From the NCBI GenBank assembly GCA_964563475.1, contig CAZLYM010000002.1, positions 14,958-58,972 on the forward strand: a DNA stretch of 44,015 bases, read 5' to 3'. The position numbers and the translations under genes were made by a program. The stretch's first letter is position 1, and each line of letters opens with the position of its first letter. The notes beneath the pieces were generated by a model. It searched no databases. It worked only from the letters and a program-made list of their open reading frames with translations, and was not told where the DNA came from. The stretch comes from an uncultured Pirellulaceae bacterium. GTDB lineage: Bacteria > Planctomycetota > Planctomycetia > Pirellulales > Pirellulaceae. Positions 29,630 to 38,700 of the stretch are shown here, one piece after another.

Positions 29630-30152
29630 TTACAAAAACCAGAATTTGAGCAAGTTTTCAACTCTTGTCATTCTGGACATTTGCGTGGTCGCCGCAATCC
29701 GCCAATCTTGCCTGAAATCTACTACTTCAAGCTCAATCGTTTAGCGGGGTCGATAGCATAGTCATACCGATCCGGCTGACTAGCCCAAAGAGCCACTTTT
29801 CGCAAAATCGCGACCCCAAGCAGTCGGTTGAGTCTCCGGGATCGGCGATTTCAAGCTGTCAGGCTGAGCCTTTTTTGTTTCTGGGTGCGGAAATGGCAAA
29901 ATCAGGGCCGGCCCCGGCCAGACCAAAGCAACCAAACCCTCACCAGAACCCACGTTTTCCAGTTCCACCCTTTCCACGTCCCCAGTATCAGCCAAGATAA
30001 AGCCCACACAGAATGGAGTACGATATCAGCAAGAACCTGCGAATCGACAAATTTACCAAGCGAAAACACTCGCTGATCACACTGCCGACCACTCTCACGC
30101 GGGCAAATGAAATTGAATCCGGTGGATGCAAACCCTACCGGCCACGTCCTAA

Positions 30153-30848
30153 ATGATCGAAGCCCACAATATCACGTTCCGCTACCCAGCCACCTCGTTC
30201 CAGCTGACGATCGATGAACTTTCGATCGCTCCGGCCGAGAAACTGGCAATCGTTGGCCCCAGCGGCAGCGGGAAGACAACACTACTAAACTTGATCGCCG
30301 GCATCCTCACGCCCAGCCGAGGCTCGATCCAAGTAGGCGAAACCAAGGTTACCGACCTAAACGATTCTGACAGACGCCACTTTCGCAACTCCAACATCGG
30401 AATGGTTTTTCAACAGTTTGAGCTACTTGAATACCTAACCGTGGCCGAGAACGTACGACTGCCATTCCTGATCAACCCCGCACTCAAATCGCTCGACGCC
30501 AACTCAGCCTTGCCCGCAAAACAACTGCTCGACTCGGTCGGCCTATCCGATTTTGCCAACCGCTACCCGGCTCAACTCTCGCGAGGCGAACAGCAGCGAG
30601 TCGCGATTTGCCGCGCCCTAGCGACCGAGCCCAAACTGATTCTCGCCGACGAGCCAACCGGAAACCTCGACCCAGCCAACAAACGGAACATCATGAACCT
30701 GCTGTTCGCCGAAACCGAAAGGCGAAACCAAACCTTGATCGTGGTGACTCATGACCAGTCACTGCTGAATGATTTTGATCGAGTGATCGACTTCGAAACG
30801 TTCTTGAAACCCGCCGACCTCGCTCAACCCACGACGAGGCCATCATGA
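30153..30848 (+). CDS. ABC transporter ATP-binding protein, LolD/MacB-like
   Basis: [42 protein letters not shown] and VVTHD. Confidence 0.93.
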   Translation: MIEAHNITFRYPATSFQLTIDELSIAPAEKLAIVGPSGSGKTTLLNLIAGILTPSRGSIQVGETKVTDLNDSDRRHFRNSNIGMVFQQFELLEYLTVAENVRLPFLINPALKSLDANSALPAKQLLDSVGLSDFANRYPAQLSRGEQQRVAICRALATEPKLILADEPTGNLDPANKRNIMNLLFAETERRNQTLIVVTHDQSLLNDFDRVIDFETFLKPADLAQPTTRPS

Positions 30849-32020
30849 AGGGGATCTTATTTCTGGCGTGGCGATACGTTTGCTTTCATAAAACCAAAAC
30901 GTTGATCCTGATCGCCTGCATCTTTCTGACCGCGATCCTGCCAATCGCCATCCGCATCCTGCTGTCGCGTTTCGAGAACTCCTTGGTCCAGCGAGCCGAT
31001 GCAACGCCGGCCATGATTGGAGCCAAAGGCAGTTCCCTAGATTTGGTGCTACACGGATTGTACTTCGATCGACCATCAAGCCAGACGCTTCCCTTCGCGG
31101 AAGTCAAACGGATCCGAGCCACCGGGCTGGCCGAACCCGTACCGATCTACTCCGCCTTCCACGCCGCATCATTTCCAATCGTTGGCACCAGCCTGAATTA
31201 CTTTGACCAACGCCGGCTGACGATCCAAAGTGGGCAACCGCTAACCACTCTAGGTGACTGCGTGATCGGCTGCACGGTCGCCGAATCATTAAAACTAGGG
31301 CCGGGCGATTCACTGCTGTCCGACCGTGAAAACATGTTGGACATTGCCGGCAAGTACCCGCTGAAAATGAACGTCGCCGGAGTCCTGAACGCCACGGGCA
31401 CGGCAGACGACAACGCGGTGTTTGTCGATTTGAAAACAGCTTGGGTGATCGACGGCTTTGGCCACGGGCACCAAGAACTTCAAAACGAATCAGATGACGC
31501 AAAAATTATCAGCCGAAACAAAAACCAAGTGGTCGCATCAGCCGCCGTTCTTCCGTACACCGAAATCACCGACCAGAACATCGATTCGTTTCACTTCCAC
31601 GGCTCCGACGACGACTTTCCTGTTTCGGCCATTCTCGCGTTCACAGACTCGGAAAAAGACAACACGATCCTGCAAGGTCAATACAACGAAACCGATTCCA
31701 ATTTTCAGTTCACCCGGCCGGCGATCGTCGTTCGCGAGCTGATTTCGGTTATGTTCCGGATCAAACGGTTCTTTGATGCCAATGCGACATTGATTGGCGT
31801 CTCGACACTGTTGCTACTATTGTTAGTCATGCTGCTTTCAGCCAAGCTGAGAACCTCAGAGATGGAAACGCTGTTTAAAATTGGTTGCGGTCGCGGAACT
31901 GTACTCTGGTTGCAAGCGGCGGAGCTAACGATCGTCATCGCCGCCGCTGGATGCCTGATCGCAACGGCTGCATGGGCAGTCAACTTTTACTCGGACGATC
32001 TACTTCGTTGGTGGATTTAA
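30845..32020 (+). CDS. ABC permease, FtsX/MacB (type VII) family, ZrgC-like
   Basis: N-terminal TM, large extracytoplasmic domain (GAKGSSLDLVLHGLYF, GHGHQE, FHFHG), and C-terminal TMs with RTSEMETLFKIGC; ATGA overlap with the ATPase. Confidence 0.85.
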   Translation: MKGILFLAWRYVCFHKTKTLILIACIFLTAILPIAIRILLSRFENSLVQRADATPAMIGAKGSSLDLVLHGLYFDRPSSQTLPFAEVKRIRATGLAEPVPIYSAFHAASFPIVGTSLNYFDQRRLTIQSGQPLTTLGDCVIGCTVAESLKLGPGDSLLSDRENMLDIAGKYPLKMNVAGVLNATGTADDNAVFVDLKTAWVIDGFGHGHQELQNESDDAKIISRNKNQVVASAAVLPYTEITDQNIDSFHFHGSDDDFPVSAILAFTDSEKDNTILQGQYNETDSNFQFTRPAIVVRELISVMFRIKRFFDANATLIGVSTLLLLLLVMLLSAKLRTSEMETLFKIGCGRGTVLWLQAAELTIVIAAAGCLIATAAWAVNFYSDDLLRWWI

Positions 32021-32021
32021 C

Positions 32022-33143
32022 ATGGCACACGCAAAACCAAAACTCCAACTTATCGTCCGGGCGAACCAAAGCCCCACGCCCCCCAGTGCTTTACTGACGA
32101 AACTTGTATCGGTTCTTTTGCTCGTTCCTCTGCTACTGACCGGCTGCCAAAAAGCCGCGACACAGCCCGACCAGACACCACAGACTGGCCCTTCTAACCA
32201 AGTTACTGCGGTCGGCTACCCTTTGTCCTTTTTTGCCGAGCAACTTGTCGACGAATCGATCAAAATCCATGCGGTCCTACCGAAACAAGGATCGCTGGCC
32301 TCGTGGCGGCCTTCACGAGACGAAATCTTGTCGATGCAAAAGTCGGACATCATTTTCATCAACGGTTCGGCAGCTCCTTTTGCAAGCTGGCTTCCGCACG
32401 TCACTTTGCCTGAATCCAAAGTTTGCGCCACGGCCAACGACGGCCTAAAACTGTCGGACATGATCTCGGTCGAGGACATTCGAATCGTGCACTCGCACGG
32501 CCCCGAAGGCGAACACTCGCACCCCACGATGGTCGCCTATACGTGGCTCGACCCGGCGATCGCAGCCAAGCAAGTTGCTATCATGGCAAAGCGATTGACC
32601 ACAACTTACCCCAAGCTGAAATCGTCCATCGCCGACAAACAGCAAAAGCTCACTGACGAACTAAAAAAGCTCTCCAAAGCCGTCAAAACAGTAAACCTCC
32701 ACTTAGCCCTCAAAAAAATCTCAATAGGGGAAAAATCGCCCACCACGATGCTGACCGACTCGCCCAACCTAAAATTTCTAACACGAGTCCTTGGAGTGAA
32801 CGACATTCATCTGAACTGGAGCAAAGGACTCAGCACCAGCGAAGCAGAAATTCAGCTCAAAGAAAAACTGTCATCGCTTGCATCGCGTCCTGAATTCATG
32901 CTGTTTGCCGACGAGCCCACTGCTGAACTGCGCTCTGTTGCAGAATCCTTCCAATTGAATGTCATCGTAATGAACTCAATGGCTTCCGCCACGAGCGACA
33001 GTAACTACTTTCACGTCATGTCTGAAAACCTGAACCGGCTAAAGCCCACGTACGAGATCGAAGCGAAGGACAAGATTAAACCGAAGCATAAGAATGACGC
33101 GGAACAAGCCAAGCCCAACGTCTCGGACCCGGAGCAAAATTGA
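32022..33143 (+). CDS. ZnuA/TroA-like metal ABC substrate-binding lipoprotein (divergent)
   Basis: Lipobox LLTGC, SDIIFING, His loop HSHGPEGEHSH, and TWLDP. Confidence 0.8.
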   Translation: MAHAKPKLQLIVRANQSPTPPSALLTKLVSVLLLVPLLLTGCQKAATQPDQTPQTGPSNQVTAVGYPLSFFAEQLVDESIKIHAVLPKQGSLASWRPSRDEILSMQKSDIIFINGSAAPFASWLPHVTLPESKVCATANDGLKLSDMISVEDIRIVHSHGPEGEHSHPTMVAYTWLDPAIAAKQVAIMAKRLTTTYPKLKSSIADKQQKLTDELKKLSKAVKTVNLHLALKKISIGEKSPTTMLTDSPNLKFLTRVLGVNDIHLNWSKGLSTSEAEIQLKEKLSSLASRPEFMLFADEPTAELRSVAESFQLNVIVMNSMASATSDSNYFHVMSENLNRLKPTYEIEAKDKIKPKHKNDAEQAKPNVSDPEQN

Positions 33144-33586
33144 AAATCAAATTCAATCTAAAATGGCTGCTTGTGGTTCTTGCTCTTTGTGCGACTGTGG
33201 CATGGTGGTTCAGCAAGGCCGGAATGACCGTGGCTCACGTGATCGTCGTCAACAATCAATTGCACCGAAATGAACAAGGCACAATCGACGGACAACTACA
33301 ATGCCAGTTAGTCGAAGCGACCGACTACTCGTTCAAGTACGCTGACTTTGTGTGCGAGGTGTACCACGTCGATCACGACCGACTGCTAGAACTGAAGAAA
33401 GACGACCGAGCCCGCATTGAGTACCGTCAAAAACCTGTGTGGCCGCTCACGGAATTGGACGATCCCTACCGGATTTTTTTAAATCAGCATTTGGGGATCC
33501 CAAATGAAGAAATCCTTGGATCCGTCCGCCGCGAGGACTGGATGGAGATCGTCATTCGAGGCGGCAAAGGCCCTGACGGAAGCTGA
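33140..33586 (+). CDS. Hypothetical protein with an N-terminal hydrophobic anchor
   Basis: MKIKFNLKWLLVVLALCATVAWWF; TTGA overlap with the lipoprotein gene. Confidence 0.65.
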   Translation: MKIKFNLKWLLVVLALCATVAWWFSKAGMTVAHVIVVNNQLHRNEQGTIDGQLQCQLVEATDYSFKYADFVCEVYHVDHDRLLELKKDDRARIEYRQKPVWPLTELDDPYRIFLNQHLGIPNEEILGSVRREDWMEIVIRGGKGPDGS

Positions 33587-33658
33587 CCGTATGGCAACCG
33601 AATTCGATTACGATATAGTTGATTCTAACTCGCTTCCCAATTCTTTCTGGAGAACATC

Positions 33659-34333
33659 ATGAAACCCAAACTCTTTCGATCGAACCCGATCGTCCCTGCG
33701 CTGTCGATCTTGATCGCCGTCGCACTTTGCTGGCCATCGCTGGCGAGCGCTCAGTCAGAAACAAAAAAAGACAAAGCTGGTTCAGCGGCCAAAGCTGGCT
33801 CGTCCGCAAAAGCCGACTCATCGACCAAGGCGCAAGCATTTTCGCCTGGCATCAAGGTGGGAGCCAAGGTTCCGGCAATCTCGTTAAAAAATCAAGAAGG
33901 GGAAGAGGTCACGGTTCAATCGATGCTGCAGACCGGCCCTGTTGCTCTAGTTCTGTTTCGATCGGCTGATTGGTGACCTTTCTGCAAGCGGCAGTTAGTT
34001 CAACTGCAAAAAGACTCGAAAAAATTCAAAGACGCTGGTATTCAAGTGGTCGGACTCAGCCCCGACTCGGTCGACAAGCTGAAGAAGTTCTCCAAACAGA
34101 AATCGATCGCCTATCCATTGCTGGCCGACCCAGACGGTTCCGCAATCAAATCACTGGGCCTGAAGAACGAGGCCTCCAAGAGGAAGTTGCTTCCTCACCC
34201 GGGAGTGCTGATCATTGGCACCGATGGAGTCGTGGACGCAAAGCTCTTCAAGGACAGCTACAGAGCTCGTCATAACAACGACGAAATCCTGACGGCCGCA
34301 AAAGCCGCCGAGCCCGAACCCGTAACGCCGTAA
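33659..34333 (+). CDS. Exported AhpC/TSA (peroxiredoxin-like) protein with in-frame TGA; candidate selenoprotein (UxxC), 224 aa
   Basis: GGAGA RBS and signal peptide (ASA|Q), then GAKVPAISLKNQEGEEV...GPVALVLFRSADW-TGA(33974-33976)-PFCKRQLVQLQ...VVGLSPDS...YPLLADPDG...PHPGVLIIGTDGVV. The frame continues without another stop into ORF 34046..34333. Confidence 0.85.
33991..34007 (+). promoter_or_regulatory. Candidate bacterial SECIS hairpin
   Basis: gcagtt-agttc-aactgc. The loop starts 21 nt after the TGA and has G at its second position, followed by U. Confidence 0.55.
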
Positions 34334-34367
34334 AGCAGAAGACACGGGTTCTATCCTGCCACGCATC

Positions 34368-34397
34368 ACGCTCGCTTGAGCATCCTCAAGCGAGCGT
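34368..34397. terminator. Perfect 13-bp inverted repeat between converging genes
   Basis: acgctcgcttgag-catc-ctcaagcgagcgt; no U-tract. Confidence 0.5.
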
Positions 34398-34427
34398 CAG
34401 GTGCAGTATCTAGCATCTATTGAGCGT

Positions 34428-34817
34428 CTATTCAGCCGAGCGCTTCCGACACGCCATCGTGTGGAATGTCGATGCAGCAGCCACAGGGAAGCAGACGATC
34501 GACGCAACCAAAGCCGCGTTGATCACAACCAGTTGCGGCAAAAGAATCAGCGGCTCGTATTGGGTAACCCCAGCCAATGGAATAGGCCCATCGAGACCGA
34601 TGAAAAGCGGAGATAGTGGCATCGTGATCGCGAGCGAAAGCAAAACTGAGGCTACGACAGCCAACCGCCAGATCCAAGTTGGTGATTTCTTCCACGCAGC
34701 TCGAAAGGTCACATTGATGGGCTGTACCATCAGGAAAGGAATAACCACGAATGGGCCAAGCGCTAATGGGCCAAGCACCAAAAACAAGAAAAAGATTGGG
34801 CGAACTTGCAGCTTCAT
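34428..34817 (-). CDS. Hypothetical membrane protein
   Basis: Three hydrophobic segments; GGAG-rich RBS-like sequence upstream. Confidence 0.5.
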   Translation of the reverse strand: MKLQVRPIFFLFLVLGPLALGPFVVIPFLMVQPINVTFRAAWKKSPTWIWRLAVVASVLLSLAITMPLSPLFIGLDGPIPLAGVTQYEPLILLPQLVVINAALVASIVCFPVAAASTFHTMACRKRSAE

Positions 34818-34916
34818 TTTTGCTCACTCTCTCTCCACCCAGGGCGTCATCTGAGTCATATCTGCCGTAGCTAGGCATCGAAATGCGACGCCTGCATCAA
34901 ACTGCGACGCTTTATT

Positions 34917-35645
34917 CTAACGCGAACAACACAGATCGGGTCGGCCGTGCCATTCATGGTCAATGTTCCGCATCAACAGCCCGCAGTCAAACTCGACCGA
35001 GCCCGCCGGAAACTGCGATTCATTTTCAAAGTAGGTCGATTGAATTTCGTCAACGGCCAATGCTTCAACGTGCCAGTTGTTGCATTTCAATTCCAACCCG
35101 TCAAATTTGCCGTCCGTTTTTGTGTCCGAGTAGCCGAGCGAACCTGACTCGAAGAATTGAGAGGCCGATTCGAGAGAATCAAACACAGACGAATTTGGGA
35201 TTTCAGTCGTGACCGAGCCCGACACGTAAACCTGAGTCTTGCCGTCTTCACTTTGCATGTTCACGGAGTAATTTTTGTCGTCCTCGGCAACCGTAAATTT
35301 CGCATGGTGGTGGACTCCAGGAAAGATCCTGCCTCCTGCGAATGAATTGAGCATAGAATTGGTGTCTCGTCGCGGAATGTACACGCCCTGATTGGTTTTG
35401 CCATCAGCTTCCCACTCGACCGCGATTCGGTGTGCAGCGTTTTCCGATGAAATCCCCCAAGGAATCGGGAGCAACTTAGGGCGAATCTTCTTCAAACGAA
35501 TCAGGCAAATTCCACCGATGGCGTATCCGCCAACAAGTTTCGGGCGGAATGGCGACGGCAATGCTGCCGCCATGTGGACTGGATCAATGCGGAAGTTCGC
35601 TAGGATGCGTCGATCGATAATGCCGTTGATAGAAGGTAAACGCAT
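34917..35645 (-). CDS. DUF2071-like conserved protein
   Basis: IDRRILANFRIDP, GICLIRL, SENAAHRIAVEW and GVYIPRRDT resemble DUF2071/YqjF-type proteins (from recollection only). Confidence 0.7.
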   Translation of the reverse strand: MRLPSINGIIDRRILANFRIDPVHMAAALPSPFRPKLVGGYAIGGICLIRLKKIRPKLLPIPWGISSENAAHRIAVEWEADGKTNQGVYIPRRDTNSMLNSFAGGRIFPGVHHHAKFTVAEDDKNYSVNMQSEDGKTQVYVSGSVTTEIPNSSVFDSLESASQFFESGSLGYSDTKTDGKFDGLELKCNNWHVEALAVDEIQSTYFENESQFPAGSVEFDCGLLMRNIDHEWHGRPDLCCSR

Positions 35646-35795
35646 TTTTTACTCAGTTGCCACAACGTCCGCCGTCATCAGGAACCGGCAGGGTACTTAC
35701 CAAAACTTCCATCACAGTCGTTCGGGTTCCAGTTTCCATTCTAACTGGTCAGCAACTGAATCAAGCCCCTTTATCCTGTCCGAAATCTTCACCCG

Positions 35796-38700
35796 TCACG
35801 CGGGCAAAGATTCAATATGCTCTTCAAGGAATTTTTTCAATTCCTTGTTCTTCACTTGGTCGACCGAGCGAAAACTCATCTTCAACGTGTCCTGTTTGCC
35901 ACCGCTGGCAACGGTTACCTCTTCGGCGATGTCGGCCACGCGACCGGCTGTCACTGAATCCTTCGGCGCGGGAACGTGCAGCCAGACACCATCTGTTTTC
36001 TTGGTCTGGATACTAACCAACGGCTCTTTCTGCTCCGGCAAACGGAAGTGAACCACCTGCTTGTTGCTCCATTCGAATTCGCCCTCGGGCGCCGTCTTCT
36101 CAAGCACCGTCTGCAGAGTCTCAAGGACTTTCACATCCCATACAACTTCTTTACCAGCCGCGAAACCTTTCCGCATGAAGTGCCATTTCTGACCAAGCTT
36201 GGCCCATGGCGTCTGCTCCTTGATGTCGACCTCTTTCGCTTGAGTCCGATCTAGGAAACTGGCCACCGCTTCATCGACAAAGCTCCAGAATTCGGGGTGA
36301 TCTAGCTCCTGCATGGTATGGGCACGGATCTCAACCTCTTGCCATGACGCTTTGGTGTTCGTCAGTTTGACTCGCGGCGCGTTCCCGTAAACCGGCACGT
36401 CATCCATCTCGTTAGGCGTCAACAAGGGCATTCGAGCCACCAGTTCATCACGCTTGAACGTTTTCGGGCGCACATGAAACTTCAGCTTCACGAACCAAGC
36501 ATCGCCCGTCACGGCATGAAAGAACCAGCCGGAGCTCTTTTTGGTTCCGCAAACTTCGACCACGGTCCGGTCGTTCCATTTGGTTTCGGAAAAGCCCTCG
36601 TTCTCTTGGATGCGATCGACCACACGAGCCACCAGATCTCCATCCCATTTGACCGGCTCCCCAGCGCGACCGACTCGATCCTGAGTGTGCCATCGCCTGC
36701 CATCGGCTTCCCACGGCATCTGGGCCGCGGCGCCGACGTCCTCGATATCCATGTCGCCTTTCTTCCAGCGATCGTCTTTAGACGGGTCGTAGGTCGGGCG
36801 TTTCTTGTACTTGCCTTCTGCCAGGACCGGAGCCAACGCTTCCCCGGTCCAACTGCGAGGCATGCCGGCTTTGCTTTTGCCGGTTTTGCTGGCTGCTGCT
36901 TTGGCCGCATCCGCGTACTCGACAATTTTCTCCGGCGTCCCTTGAACCACAATTTGACCGCCGCCGATTCCGGCTTCCGGCCCCATGTCGATCACCCAAT
37001 CCGCCGCCTTGATGATGTCAAGATTGTGCTCGATCAAGACCACGGTGTTCCCGACGTCCACCAAACGCTGAAGCACTTCGAGCAATTTGTTCAAATCTTC
37101 AAAGTGCAATCCGGTCGTGGGCTCGTCCAGCAAGTAAAGCGTGCGTCCAGTATCGGGTCGCGAAAGTTCGGCAGACAACTTCACCCGCTGAGCCTCACCG
37201 CCCGAGAGCGTTGGAGCACTCTGACCCAGTGTCAAATAATCCAAGCCAACGTCGCACAGCGTTTGCAGGATGCGGCGGATTTTTGGGATGTTAGAAAAGT
37301 GCTTGATCGCTTCCCCGCAACTCATCTTCAAAACATCATCGATCGTCTTTCCGTTGTAACGCACTGCCAAAGTATCTTCGTTGTAACGACGACCCCGACA
37401 AGCTTCACACTCAACCCAAACATCCGGTAGGAAGTGCATCTCGATACAAATCTGACCGTTACCAAAACACTCTTCACACCGCCCGCCGGGAACATTGAAG
37501 CTGAACCGTCTGGCCGTGTAGCCGCGAACTTTCGAATCGGGCAATTCAGAAAAAAGTTCACGAATCAAATCGAAAGCACCCGTGTAGGTCGCCGGATTCG
37601 AAGAAGGGCTATTCCCCAGCGGCGTCTGATCGACACGGATCACTTTGTTGATATGCTCGATCCCACGGATGCCGCGATGCGCCCCCGGCACAGTCGACGC
37701 TCGATGCAAACGCCTAGCCAGCGAGTTATACAGAATCTCATTGACCAATGAGCTCTTGCCGCAACCACTAGGTCCGGTCACCACCGTCAAGGTCTCCAAG
37801 GGGAAACGAACGCTGATGTTCTTCAGGTTGTTGTGCCGCGCCTGCACGACATCGATCGTGTTGACCAGTTCGAGCGGCTTCTTAGCGGGTTTCTTCGCTG
37901 GCTTCTTGGCTCCCGCCTTGGTTGTTTTCTTTTTGGTGACAGCTTTAACCGGATCCTCGATCACCAACGCCGGACGGCGGTTCGATGGAATCGAAATCGC
38001 TTTTTTCCCGCTGAGGAATGGCCCTGTCACCGAGCCCTTTTTCTTCGCGAGTCCTTCTGGAGTGCCCGACGCGACGACCTGACCGCCACCGGTTCCCGCC
38101 TTGGGTCCGAAATCGAAAATTGCGTCGCTGTTTTCGATCACTTCCTTGTCGTGCTCGACCACGATCAGCGTGTTCCCAAGGTCTCGCAAACGGTGCAGGG
38201 CCTTCAACAACCGGTGATTGTCCCGAGGATGCAAGCCAATCGTCGGCTCATCCAGCACGTACAGGACTCCGCACAGCCCGCTACCCAATTGGCTGGCCAG
38301 ACGAATTCGCTGCGCTTCGCCGTTGGAAAGTGAAGCAGCGGTCCGCGAAAGCGTCAGGTACTCCAGCCCGACATCGTTCAAGAACTGAATCCGGCTGGTA
38401 ATTTCTCGAATCAGCTCGCCCGCGATCTTTTTCTCACGCTTGTCCAGTTTCCATTTTTTAAGCGTTGCCTGAAGCGTACCCAGCGGCATCCGGCAAATCC
38501 CATCGATCGACAATTCACGGAAACGAACGGCTCCCGAATCGTCTCGCAAACGACTGCCGCCACAAGTGCCGCATTCAACTTCTCCGATCAGCGATTGCAA
38601 TTGCTGACGCAGTCGAGCCGACAATCGCGACGCCTCATCCAATGTCGGGAACACGCCCTTGAACTGAAAGCTGAACGCAACGTTTTCGTTTTCGTCCAGC

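Noticed and set aside
29780-30076. Small ORFs between rpsJ and the ABC operon
   Set aside because: Overlapping on opposite strands, with no motifs or clear RBS; probably non-coding.
33970-34275. Alternative-frame ORF suggesting a frameshift rather than readthrough
   Set aside because: Its translation has no thioredoxin-fold features, whereas in-frame readthrough restores PFC and the full domain.
34818-34859. In-frame TGA upstream of the 34428..34817 ORF, with an earlier ATG
   Set aside because: No Cys or redox motif context, and an RBS-like sequence precedes the ATG at 34817; no case for recoding.
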